Source: an uncultured Treponemataceae bacterium (GTDB taxonomy: Bacteria; Spirochaetota; Spirochaetia; Treponematales; Treponemataceae). Taken from it: 60,180 bases of DNA. This document shows, piece after piece, positions 9,725 through 18,408 of the stretch. The stretch is taken from NCBI GenBank assembly GCA_964371295.1, contig CAYJLT010000001.1:1-60180 (forward strand), read 5' to 3'. Position numbers and translations under genes: made by a program. Within the stretch, counting starts at the first letter, position 1. The number at the start of each line of letters is the position of its first letter. The notes beneath the pieces are model-generated. The model was not told the DNA's origin. It saw only the letters and a program-made list of their open reading frames with translations, and ran no database searches.

Positions 9725-9749
9725 ATATGATATAGTTATTATATCATAT
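9725..9749. promoter_or_regulatory. Perfect inverted repeat (candidate operator)
   Basis: ATATGATATA gttat TATATCATAT, with 10-nt arms and a 5-nt spacer. It abuts the minus-strand TATAAT at 9748-9753 and covers the predicted start site of the 8051-9709 gene. Confidence 0.4.
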
Positions 9750-9753
9750 TATA
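9748..9753 (-). promoter_or_regulatory. -10 element (TATAAT) for the 8051-9709 / 6374-8038 operon
   Basis: TATAAT on the minus strand lies about 38 nt upstream of the ATG at 9709. AAGGA lies 7 nt upstream of that ATG. Confidence 0.4.
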
Positions 9754-9777
9754 AAAAAAAGGTGCAGTGTCGCACCT
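9753..9777 (-). terminator. Intrinsic terminator after the amino-acid ABC operon
   Basis: Stem AGGTGC/GCACCT with a 6-nt loop, followed on the minus strand by an 8-U tract. It lies 6 nt downstream of the ATPase stop. Confidence 0.6.
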
Positions 9778-9782
9778 CTTTT

Positions 9783-10511
9783 TTATAAAACTGATTGCAA
9801 AAATTGTTGTAATCGCGGATTTTTGGGCTTCCCGAAGATGTCCTCGGGACTTCCCTTTTCTGCAACAATTCCCTCGTCCATAAAATATACTTCATCTGCA
9901 ACTTCACGAGCAAAGCCCATTTCATGGGTAACAACAACCATTGTCATTCCCTCTTTTGCAAGCTGCTTCATTACTTCTAAAACTTCGCCTACCATTTCAG
10001 GGTCAAGAGCACTTGTAGGCTCGTCAAAAAGCATTACATCGGGCTCCATTGCAAGAGCTCTAACAATCGCTATCCGTTGCTTTTGGCCACCCGAAAGGCG
10101 TGATGGATACTCATCCGCCTTATCAGCTAATCCCACTCGGTTAAGAAGAGCTATTGCTTTTTCTTTTGCTTGTTCTTTTGTCATTAGTTTGTGTGTTAAC
10201 GGAGCAAGGGTAATATTTTGCATAACGGTAAGATGCGGAAAAAGATTAAAATGCTGAAACACCATTCCCATTTTTTGACGAAGGGCATCGATATTTGTAT
10301 TTTTATCTGTTATGTCAGAACCTTCAAAAATTATATGCCCGCCAGTTGGATCTTCTAAACGATTAAGACACCGCAAAAAAGTACTTTTTCCTGAACCCGA
10401 GGGGCCAATTACTACAACACGCTGCCCTTGGCGAATAGTTTCTGTAATATTTTTTAAAACTTGGAGCTCACCAAAATTTTTATCAAGATTTTTTACTTCT
10501 ATCATGTTCAT
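9783..10511 (-). CDS. Polar amino-acid ABC transporter ATP-binding protein (GlnQ-like)
   Basis: Walker [10 protein letters not shown], signature LSGGQKQR, Walker [12 protein letters not shown]. Confidence 0.93.
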   Translation of the reverse strand: MNMIEVKNLDKNFGELQVLKNITETIRQGQRVVVIGPSGSGKSTFLRCLNRLEDPTGGHIIFEGSDITDKNTNIDALRQKMGMVFQHFNLFPHLTVMQNITLAPLTHKLMTKEQAKEKAIALLNRVGLADKADEYPSRLSGGQKQRIAIVRALAMEPDVMLFDEPTSALDPEMVGEVLEVMKQLAKEGMTMVVVTHEMGFAREVADEVYFMDEGIVAEKGSPEDIFGKPKNPRLQQFLQSVL

Positions 10512-10514
10512 AAA

Positions 10515-11183
10515 CTACCCCCTATCGCTTCTTGCCATACGCTTTTCAAGCACAGCAAATATCTTTGTTAAGCCGAGGGTCATGCATAAGTAAAGTACGG
10601 CACAGCTAATTAGAGGAAACCATGCATTATAGGTAGCATTTCGAATCATATCGCCAGCCTTTGTTAAATCCATAACAGCAATAAAACTTACAATTGATGT
10701 TTCTTTTACAAGTACAATAAATTCACTTGTGTAGGTTGGAAGAACGGCCTTTGCTGCTTGTGGAAAAATTATTTTCATAAGTGTTTGCCAGCGGGTTAAT
10801 CCAAGGGAGCGTCCTGCTTCCATTTGACCAATATCTACACCTTGAATACCTGCTCTAAAAATTTCAGTGCAGTATGCTCCAGAATTTATACCATATGCAA
10901 GAACCGCAACGGTAAGCCTATCCATACCAAGCGGTGCAAAAATTACAAAATAAAAAATCATTAACTGCGTAGCTAACGGGATGCCACGTATAACCGTTGT
11001 GTAAACATTACCTATGCCGCGTGCAAGAGGATTTTTTGATATTTTTAAAATGGCAAAAACACAACCCAAAACAGTGCCTATTGCAATAGCTGTTATCGCA
11101 ATAAAAAGGGTTATGCCCAAACCTTCAAAAAGGAGCTTCCAGCGCTCCCCTGCTATGATAGTGTCATAAAAAGATTGAAACAA
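10515..11183 (-). CDS. Polar amino-acid ABC transporter permease (His/Glu/Gln/Arg/opine family)
   Basis: Multi-TM protein with an EAGRSLGLTRWQT loop that fits the ABC importer EAA motif. The start is uncertain. I prefer the TTG at 11183, 8 nt after AAAGGA. The longer ORF to 11249 would contain the hairpin at 11234-11262 and has no SD. Confidence 0.8.
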   Translation of the reverse strand: MFQSFYDTIIAGERWKLLFEGLGITLFIAITAIAIGTVLGCVFAILKISKNPLARGIGNVYTTVIRGIPLATQLMIFYFVIFAPLGMDRLTVAVLAYGINSGAYCTEIFRAGIQGVDIGQMEAGRSLGLTRWQTLMKIIFPQAAKAVLPTYTSEFIVLVKETSIVSFIAVMDLTKAGDMIRNATYNAWFPLISCAVLYLCMTLGLTKIFAVLEKRMARSDRG

Positions 11184-11226
11184 TCGTGCCGTCCTTTTGC
11201 AATACTTTGCTATTGCATTTAAAATG

Positions 11227-11262
11227 ACAAAAACCCCGTTGCAGCACAAGGGTACAACAGGG
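11227..11262 (-). terminator. Intra-operon hairpin (candidate attenuator) after the binding-protein gene
   Basis: On the minus strand, CCCTGTTG pairs with CAACGGGG (8 bp including one G-U) around a 13-nt loop, followed by TTTTTGT. It lies between the binding-protein stop (11281) and the permease start. Confidence 0.45.
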
Positions 11263-11280
11263 CGTGTTTATTTAGAAAAA

Positions 11281-12057
11281 TTATTTTCTTACAATAATAA
11301 CTTGTTCTGATTCATAGTAAGGAACAGAAAAGTCAACATTTTTCTTTCTTTCTTCAGTTACAGACATACCTGCTGCAACAAAATCAATTACACCAGAATC
11401 TACGGCTGCAATAAGACTGTCAAAAGCCATATCTACAACTTCTAATGGTTGCCCTAAATCATTTGCAATGTATTGACCCATAGTAATGTCAAAACCTACT
11501 ACCTCGGTACCCTCAACATATTCAAACGGAGCAAAGGCGGCGTTTGTTCCAAGTTTTACTGGAGAACCACTTCCTGTCATTTCTACAGAAGGAATTACAA
11601 TGTTCCCATCTGTAGGCATAAAGGAAAGCACTAATGCTTCATAGCCACCATTTGCTTTTAATTCTTCAATAGTTGCATTGATTGAGTTAAGAAGTGCTGT
11701 GTTGCCTTTTTTAACTGCAATAGCATATTCTTCTCGTGCAAATTGATCTGTAACAATCATTAAATCATCGTTTCTTGCAACAATTTCTCTTGCAGGAAGC
11801 TCATCTAATACAACTGCATCAATTGCACCATTTTTTAAGTCTAATGCGGCATCTATTCCTGATTTAAAAGAAGCAATTTCTGCCCCTTCTACATTTTCTT
11901 GAACCCAAGCTTCACCGGTTGTTCCACCTTGAACACCAATTTTTTTACCTGCTAAATCTGCAGCGCCATTAATTTCAACTTCATCACTTGACCCACCAGC
12001 AAATACAAAAGCACTTGCAAGTAAAAGTACAATTAAAACGCTTAATACTTTTTTCAC
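11281..12057 (-). CDS. Amino-acid ABC substrate-binding protein, circularly permuted domain order
   Basis: The GTG at 12057 lies 7 nt after AGGAG. The ORF track's ATG at 12183 lies upstream of the consensus promoter. Signal peptide VLLLASAFVFA/GG. Family motifs are present but in swapped order (see finding). Confidence 0.85.
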   Translation of the reverse strand: MKKVLSVLIVLLLASAFVFAGGSSDEVEINGAADLAGKKIGVQGGTTGEAWVQENVEGAEIASFKSGIDAALDLKNGAIDAVVLDELPAREIVARNDDLMIVTDQFAREEYAIAVKKGNTALLNSINATIEELKANGGYEALVLSFMPTDGNIVIPSVEMTGSGSPVKLGTNAAFAPFEYVEGTEVVGFDITMGQYIANDLGQPLEVVDMAFDSLIAAVDSGVIDFVAAGMSVTEERKKNVDFSVPYYESEQVIIVRK

Positions 12058-12085
12058 GTTATTTCTCCTAAATTTTGTTTTTCTT

Positions 12086-12114
12086 ATTATACTGATACTT
12101 ATACAAATTGTCAA
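12086..12114 (-). promoter_or_regulatory. Consensus sigma70 promoter of the amino-acid ABC operon
   Basis: On the minus strand: TTGACA (12114-12109), an exact 17-nt spacer, then TATAAT (12091-12086). Confidence 0.7.
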
Positions 12115-12188
12115 TAAAATTTTGCATAAAAATACAAAATTCTGCATATTTATACAAAACAGCCGTGTTTGCTTTTTTGACAATGTAT

Positions 12189-13397
12189 CTACTTTCTTGT
12201 ATGCAGAGCTTCTACTACGGTAATTTTACTCAAGGTTTTTGCCGGGAAAAGAGAAACTAGGGCCGGTATTGTTATAGCAATAAAAGCAGTAATAACAGCG
12301 TTAAGTGTAGTCATTTTTGGATATACAACTGCATCAATTGGCATATTTACAGAGCTCATCATACTCGACAAGTCAAAGCCAATATGAGAAACATAGGCTA
12401 CCAAAACATGCCCAAGCATAAAGCCCGTTCCTCCTGCAATGAGGCCAAAGACCAAGCCCTCAAAAAAAAGCATTTTTGTAAGTTCAAAATCAGAATAACC
12501 TAGCGCCTTAAGCATGCCAATTTCGTTTATCCGCTCATACATGCTTGCAACAAGAGAGTTAATAATTACCAAAGAACCTAAAAACATTATTATGGCGGCT
12601 ATAAGATTTAATATTTGCTTTTCTATTTCCATTGTGGTGTAAAGGGTTCCCATTTGCGTCTTGTACGTTTCGATTGCATAATCGCTATACATGCCTTGCA
12701 AATCTTTTGTAACGCTTTCTAAATCTTTTTGATCTTTTATCATAACAAATATTTCTGTAGCACCTTCATCCATTCTTAAAAGATTTTGGCTTGTTTGTAA
12801 ATCCATAAAAATCGTGTTCTTGTCAAAGGCACTCATATTAAAAAAAGAGCTTGCAATTATTGGTGTCTTAGTACCATTAAGAGCACTATCTATAGTTGTT
12901 GCAACAATGAGAGGCGCCTCCCCAATTGAAGCATCGAGTCTTTTTTGCAAATCACTTCCTATCACAGTTCCTGTCTTTCTAACACTGCCTTCTATTAATC
13001 TGCTTTTTAAACCATATGAATTATTCTCTAAATCAAAACCTATAAGAGAAACAGGAACACTTTCATCATCTTGCCCTACAAATCCTCCAAACCTAACCAT
13101 TGGAATAACATTTTCAATTCTTTCATCACTGCGCAAGGTACTTTCAATGTCACCTACTGCGGGAATATATTCATACAACGGCACAAAGCGCTCCTTTTCT
13201 AAAAAAGCTTTTGTGGTAATACGTATATGTCCTGTTTGATACTTTGCATACCCATCAATCATATGGCTAATCATGCCTTCAATGAAGGCCGAAATAAACA
13301 CTGAAGAAAGTGCAGAGACAACTATAACAAGTGCGGTTAAAAAACTACGTGATTTATAACGAAGTATATTTTTTATAGCAAGTTTAAACATTAGCAT
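12189..13397 (-). CDS. FtsX-family ABC permease, LolC/LolE-like
   Basis: 402 aa with TM1, a ~200-aa periplasmic loop, then three C-terminal TM segments. This is the same architecture as LolC/E and MacB permeases. Confidence 0.85.
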   Translation of the reverse strand: MLMFKLAIKNILRYKSRSFLTALVIVVSALSSVFISAFIEGMISHMIDGYAKYQTGHIRITTKAFLEKERFVPLYEYIPAVGDIESTLRSDERIENVIPMVRFGGFVGQDDESVPVSLIGFDLENNSYGLKSRLIEGSVRKTGTVIGSDLQKRLDASIGEAPLIVATTIDSALNGTKTPIIASSFFNMSAFDKNTIFMDLQTSQNLLRMDEGATEIFVMIKDQKDLESVTKDLQGMYSDYAIETYKTQMGTLYTTMEIEKQILNLIAAIIMFLGSLVIINSLVASMYERINEIGMLKALGYSDFELTKMLFFEGLVFGLIAGGTGFMLGHVLVAYVSHIGFDLSSMMSSVNMPIDAVVYPKMTTLNAVITAFIAITIPALVSLFPAKTLSKITVVEALHTRK

Positions 13398-13400
13398 GGG

Positions 13401-14624
13401 CTAGTCCTTATTTTGAATGCAATCTACAATACTCATTTTAATGCTTTTTCGAGCGGGAAAATATGAAATAAACACAGACGCAAATGGAATTACTATTAAT
13501 GGTCCAAGAAAAAACACAGGGTCCCAAGAACTTTTCATTACTGGAGGAACATAAAAATCTGCATCAAAAACAAAATCTCCGCTTCCAGTAGCTGCAAGGC
13601 TTGCAAAATCAAGTCCAACAGAAGCCATAGGAATATTAATTAAAACTCCTAATAAAACACCAATAATAGCCCCTATTAAACCAATACAAAAACCTTCATA
13701 TATAAAAATTCTCACAATTTCATTATCATAGAAACCAAGGGAGCGAAGAGTCCCCATTGTTTTTCTTTTTTCCCACACACTTATTAAAATAGAGTTTGCA
13801 AGTCCCAAAAAGGTAATGAGCGCTATTATGCCATAAAAGGGATACATAAAGGCATTCTTTGTGGAATTGAGTGCTTGCAAATCTTTTGTGAGTTCGTCTA
13901 AGCCAAGAACAGACAAACTCGGATAGGAATCTTTTATGTTGTTTTTTATATTCTCAATTTGATTGTCATCCTCAACTTTTATATTTACATAGGTAATGGA
14001 ATCTGTATTGAGCATTGACTGAAGCTCTGTAAGATCAATCATTACACCATTTTTAGAAAACAAAAAATTTGCAGAATTTAAGAGGCCTCCTATTTCATAC
14101 TCTGCAGAAATAAAAGCCCCCTCGTTTGTTCTAAAGGTGATATTTATATAATCGCCAACTGAAAGATTCATATCTTGAGCAAGAGAAGACCCAAGCCATG
14201 CCATATCCCCAAGGCTTTTTTGTGCGGTTGTTTTTATTTCAAACACATCGTTAGCAGTAATTGGGTCTATACCAAAAGTAATAAGACTCATGGTATCTTC
14301 GTAATTATCAACTTCACCGTTTAAGCGAATAGTGGGAGTATAACTAATTCCTTCAACTGCATTGAGCTTTGTTGCATCAAAACGAAACATGTTATCTGTT
14401 GCGTACGGAAAGTCTTCATCAAAGTCTTTATTGCGGATTTGAATATGTGCGGTATCTTCTTTTATTGTTTCCTCAAGAGAAATATTATTAAAGCCACTCA
14501 TAAGTGTTCCATAAAATACAAAAATTACCACACCCATTGATAGAATGGCTATTGTCCTAAATGTTCGCCTCTTTGAGCGTAAAATATTTTTTACAGCCAT
14601 TGAAAAAAGCATCATGTTATTCAT
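13401..14624 (-). CDS. FtsX-family ABC permease, LolC/LolE-like
   Basis: 407 aa with the same architecture as its neighbour. It overlaps the ATPase gene by 4 nt. Confidence 0.85.
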   Translation of the reverse strand: MNNMMLFSMAVKNILRSKRRTFRTIAILSMGVVIFVFYGTLMSGFNNISLEETIKEDTAHIQIRNKDFDEDFPYATDNMFRFDATKLNAVEGISYTPTIRLNGEVDNYEDTMSLITFGIDPITANDVFEIKTTAQKSLGDMAWLGSSLAQDMNLSVGDYINITFRTNEGAFISAEYEIGGLLNSANFLFSKNGVMIDLTELQSMLNTDSITYVNIKVEDDNQIENIKNNIKDSYPSLSVLGLDELTKDLQALNSTKNAFMYPFYGIIALITFLGLANSILISVWEKRKTMGTLRSLGFYDNEIVRIFIYEGFCIGLIGAIIGVLLGVLINIPMASVGLDFASLAATGSGDFVFDADFYVPPVMKSSWDPVFFLGPLIVIPFASVFISYFPARKSIKMSIVDCIQNKD

Positions 14625-15289
14625 ACCGTCTTTACCACTTTTCCATCTTCAAGAGTAAAAATCTTGTTAGAAATATCCACCACACGCTCATCATGTGTTG
14701 AAAATAAAACGGTAATACCATCTTTTTTATTTATGCCTGAAATAAGCTCAAGAATTTGCATTCCGTTTACGCTATCAAGGTTTGCGGTTGGCTCATCAGC
14801 AAGTAGGAGCTTTGGTTTTTTTATTAAAGCACGAGCTATTGAAACACGCTGTTGTTGCCCACCGCTCAACTGATTGGGATACGAGTTTTCCTTTCCCAAA
14901 AGGCCGACCCGTTCCAATAGTGCCATAACCCTCTCGCGCTTATTTTTTTCACTTGCATCAAAAAGGGCAAGAGCAACATTTTCATATGCAGTTAACACAG
15001 GAATAAGGTTATAACTTTGAAATATAAAACCTAGGTTGTCCCTTCTAAACTTCGCAACTTGCTTGTTGTTTTTAGAAGAAAGTGCTTCTCCATCTATAAC
15101 AACCTCGCCTGCCGTTGCTTTATCTAGAGCCCCTATAATGTTTAAAAGTGTTGTTTTGCCAGATCCAGAGGGGCCAATAAGAGAGGCAATAACACCTTTT
15201 TCTAACTCAATATTTATATTAGTTAGTGCTTCAAAAGCAACGCTTCCTTCTCCATATATTTTTTTAATTTCTTTTGTTTCTAAAAACAT
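14621..15289 (-). CDS. ABC transporter ATP-binding protein, LolD/MacB-type
   Basis: Walker A GPSGSGKTT, signature LSGGQQQR, Walker B LLLADEPTANLD. Confidence 0.92.
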   Translation of the reverse strand: MFLETKEIKKIYGEGSVAFEALTNINIELEKGVIASLIGPSGSGKTTLLNIIGALDKATAGEVVIDGEALSSKNNKQVAKFRRDNLGFIFQSYNLIPVLTAYENVALALFDASEKNKRERVMALLERVGLLGKENSYPNQLSGGQQQRVSIARALIKKPKLLLADEPTANLDSVNGMQILELISGINKKDGITVLFSTHDERVVDISNKIFTLEDGKVVKTV

Positions 15290-15303
15290 ATAAAACCTCT
15301 CTG

Positions 15304-16416
15304 TTAAAATTTTGCTTTTAGCGCGAGTGAAACACTTGCATTGGGGATAAAAGGCTGCTTAGGCGAAAACTCTGTATTTTCTTTTCCAAAATAAATGCCA
15401 GATGCAAGCTCTATTATCATATTATCCAAAAGCGTATACTGCACCTTGGGAATCACAGAGCCGCTTGCATCAATCATACTTACAAGAACATCAATACCGA
15501 TAGCAGTAAATTCATCTAGAGCTAGGCTCAAAGATGAATACGAATAAAGCATTGACCTAAAAAAATAGTCTCCATATGATGTAGTTGCAAGATCTTCTAC
15601 GCTTGAGGCGCCCAAGCTATTGTAATAAAACGATTGATTAACCACAAGAGAAGAATAACCAATAGGAAAGCTATAATCTAAAAATACTGCAGCTTCATGA
15701 CTATAATCTTTTTTTTCTGTATTAACAAGTGCATTATTTAAATGAAATGAATATGAACCACCAATTGAAATAAATATATCTGCCTTAAAAAAAGCTCCTA
15801 TTACATTTTCATTATCCCCTTTATATTGGTAAACAAGACCGCCTTCAAAGCCGCTTGTTCCCAACACAAGCTCGCTTCCCGAAAGAACATCATCCCAGCT
15901 ATTGTCCCCACCTAAAAAGCTTTGAAACTTTCCGTACGACCCAACAGGAAGAGTAAGTGAAACAAGATTTATTGCTGGCTTTGCTTGAGTGGGGTCTAAA
16001 AGTGAAAAATTCTTATGCCATTCTAGCGTGTTAAAAAGAAAAGGAGTACCAAAACTAAGGTAGTCTCTTCCCAACGTAAAAGACGCAGAGTTAAAATTTG
16101 CCTTTACATACAGGCGAGAAATATCAAGGCCGAGAGCATAGTTTCCATTTTTATCAACTACAGAAAAGCCACTTCCTAAAATGCCATCATAGCCATAAAA
16201 AGCTGAAATGCGAATATCAGAAAAAAACCTCCACACGCCATCATTATTGTAGTTAAGCAAAAGCTTTAATTGAGAAGCATTATTAAAATCAGTGGGCCCA
16301 CTTCCAGCAACGAGTGTAGAGGTGTTTTCAATGCTCCCATTTAGTGTAACTTGCGCGCTTAATCCAAGTTGAAAAAAGAGCATGAAAGCCATGCCTATAA
16401 ATGTCTTTTTTTTCAC
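15304..16416 (-). CDS. Predicted outer-membrane beta-barrel protein, family unknown
   Basis: GTG start and signal peptide ending LSA/QV. Alternating hydrophobic/polar strands run throughout. The C-terminus LALKAKF ends in Phe, as in the OMP beta-signal. Confidence 0.6.
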   Translation of the reverse strand: MKKKTFIGMAFMLFFQLGLSAQVTLNGSIENTSTLVAGSGPTDFNNASQLKLLLNYNNDGVWRFFSDIRISAFYGYDGILGSGFSVVDKNGNYALGLDISRLYVKANFNSASFTLGRDYLSFGTPFLFNTLEWHKNFSLLDPTQAKPAINLVSLTLPVGSYGKFQSFLGGDNSWDDVLSGSELVLGTSGFEGGLVYQYKGDNENVIGAFFKADIFISIGGSYSFHLNNALVNTEKKDYSHEAAVFLDYSFPIGYSSLVVNQSFYYNSLGASSVEDLATTSYGDYFFRSMLYSYSSLSLALDEFTAIGIDVLVSMIDASGSVIPKVQYTLLDNMIIELASGIYFGKENTEFSPKQPFIPNASVSLALKAKF

Positions 16417-16424
16417 TTTTATAC

Positions 16425-17174
16425 CTATCTTTCCAAATATGCTCGTGTAAAAACTTCATCATCTATGCCAGTGTTAATCTCAATCTCTGTATATGTTACA
16501 ACTGTTTTAGAATTCTTTTTTCTAAGGTCCACAACTTCCAAAACCATGGGCAGAGTGAGAGTTCCAATGGTTTTATATTCTCGCATCGTAAATTCTTTAA
16601 TGGCCCTGTCTTCATTTCTGCCTTTGGCAAACATAACAGTTTTTAATACATTATAAGTGCTTTTATCAATATATAAATCTTGTCGGATATAGCTTACAGC
16701 ATTTTCATCTTTAGCTTTGATGGTTAAAACATATACCTCATTTCCCTCAAAAGTAGTGCTTTGCATACTTTCGGCAAGGTAATCGTTTTCTAGCGAACCT
16801 TGGTCTGCCATGTCATCATATGAAATATCGCTTCCCATCATACTGTCCCTAAGCAAATGTCCAGAAAGCTTTAGTACATCTGCTGCTTCGGGGATATAAA
16901 TCCACATGTCACTTTCAATCTTTAAGTACCGTGTCCCCGCATCTTGGGCATTTGTGTATTCCATAAAAGATGCATTTTTTTCATCTTGTAAATAGCCAAA
17001 AAAGGCTTTTGTTAGGGTTCGGCCTCGAGAGAGTATTTCCATTTCGGCTTTAAAGCTCATGGTAGAAAAATCACGCCCTTGTGCATTTACCTCATTAAAA
17101 ACACCTTGAGGTGTTTGTGAAAAAGCCAACCCAATTAAACTAGTTAAAAAAATCACGCACACTATCTTCTTCAT
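16425..17174 (-). CDS. LolA-like outer-membrane lipoprotein-sorting protein family
   Basis: 249 aa with a signal peptide (LAFSQ). The segments WIYIPEA..LKLSGH..DSMMGSDISYDDM and the C-terminal DDEVFT..L resemble the LolA-like (PF17131-type) family. Confidence 0.7.
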   Translation of the reverse strand: MKKIVCVIFLTSLIGLAFSQTPQGVFNEVNAQGRDFSTMSFKAEMEILSRGRTLTKAFFGYLQDEKNASFMEYTNAQDAGTRYLKIESDMWIYIPEAADVLKLSGHLLRDSMMGSDISYDDMADQGSLENDYLAESMQSTTFEGNEVYVLTIKAKDENAVSYIRQDLYIDKSTYNVLKTVMFAKGRNEDRAIKEFTMREYKTIGTLTLPMVLEVVDLRKKNSKTVVTYTEIEINTGIDDEVFTRAYLER

Positions 17175-17180
17175 AAGGGT

Positions 17181-17209
17181 AGTGTACCGAAGTTTTTTTT
17201 AAAACTCAA
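17181..17209 (-). promoter_or_regulatory. Candidate promoter of the Lol-like operon, abutting the start codon
   Basis: On the minus strand: TTGAGT, a 17-nt spacer, TACACT, 6 nt, then the ATG at 17174. No SD is present. Confidence 0.45.
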
Positions 17210-17352
17210 GTGGCCTCATACCGCTTTTTAAAAAAAACAAACATGTGTCTTATTTTTATAATTTGTCACCGTTTGTGGTAGCCAAAAAGTCTATATCGTG
17301 TTATCCTTTAAATGAGGATGATTTTTTCATGAGCAATTAGCTTGGAGTTAGC

Positions 17353-18408
17353 ATGGAGTCAAATGAAAGTGTAGATTTAGGTAAAAAAATTTTTTTTCTC
17401 AACCCCCCCTATGATTTTAAAAAAATTATCATCCCCGTGCTATCTGACAAGGAATATGAAGTTTGTGTAATAGATTCTTATAAGCATGCAAAAGCTATTC
17501 TCCGCGCACACAAAGACTCTGTGTGTTTTGTCTGCATTGATGGAGAAATGCCCATCGATCACTGGTATAACTTCATTGTTTCTTTTAATGCTGATATAGA
17601 TTTGGCAACAGTATTTTTAGGAGTCATGTCTTCACATGCAAGAACAAGCGACAAAAATCACTTTTTATTAAATGCATCTATCCCCGCGGGCTTTATTTCA
17701 CTTGTAGCAAAAAAAGATGATTTAGTTTCAACAATAGAAGGAATTTTAAAAATAAATAATGCTAAAGGTGTGAGAAAATATGTACGGGTAGACTGCGGTT
17801 CTGACAAACTTATTTCTGCTCAGTGCGTCCTCGCAGGTAGCCAGCATACCTTTCGCATTGAAAACATTAGTTCTGCAGGGCTCCTTTGCACTGCTCCTAC
17901 AAACCTTTCCTCTGCGTTTACGGCTAATATGGTATTAAAAGATTTTTTGCTCATTTTGCGCTCTCAAAAAATACGATGCAATACTGTTGTATTAAAATCT
18001 TTTATAAGCAATGGTAAGCTCTTTATTGTACTTTTATTTACAAAAGGGTTACCCTTTAATGCAAAGGCTTCTATCCAAGCCTATATTAGATTTTTTTTGC
18101 AAAACACCATTGAAACCGTTTTAGCAACAACGCAGCCTGATGAAACAGACTACTCAAAACTGCATGAAGCAGCAATTGCCTCAGAGGTGGACGAAGCCTT
18201 TCTTATTTCTGTTGATGACGAAGAGGTCATATATGCAGAGGAGGTAGAAGAAATTACTTATGCTGATGAGCTAGACGAAAACAAAACCTCCTCTGTTTCT
18301 TCTGCTCTTTTTGGCAAGGAAGATGAAGAGCAGTTTTTAAATCAAATGAAGTTTTTAGAGGAAAACGACATCGAAGGGGATGTGCAGCTCATCGATGATA
18401 CAAAGTAG
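17353..18408 (+). CDS. PilZ-domain protein (putative c-di-GMP receptor)
   Basis: RKYVRVDC (RxxxR-type) and ENISSAGLL (D/NxSxxG) motifs are spaced as in PilZ domains. GGAG lies 5 nt before the ATG. The C-terminal tail is strongly acidic. Confidence 0.75.
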   Translation: MESNESVDLGKKIFFLNPPYDFKKIIIPVLSDKEYEVCVIDSYKHAKAILRAHKDSVCFVCIDGEMPIDHWYNFIVSFNADIDLATVFLGVMSSHARTSDKNHFLLNASIPAGFISLVAKKDDLVSTIEGILKINNAKGVRKYVRVDCGSDKLISAQCVLAGSQHTFRIENISSAGLLCTAPTNLSSAFTANMVLKDFLLILRSQKIRCNTVVLKSFISNGKLFIVLLFTKGLPFNAKASIQAYIRFFLQNTIETVLATTQPDETDYSKLHEAAIASEVDEAFLISVDDEEVIYAEEVEEITYADELDENKTSSVSSALFGKEDEEQFLNQMKFLEENDIEGDVQLIDDTK

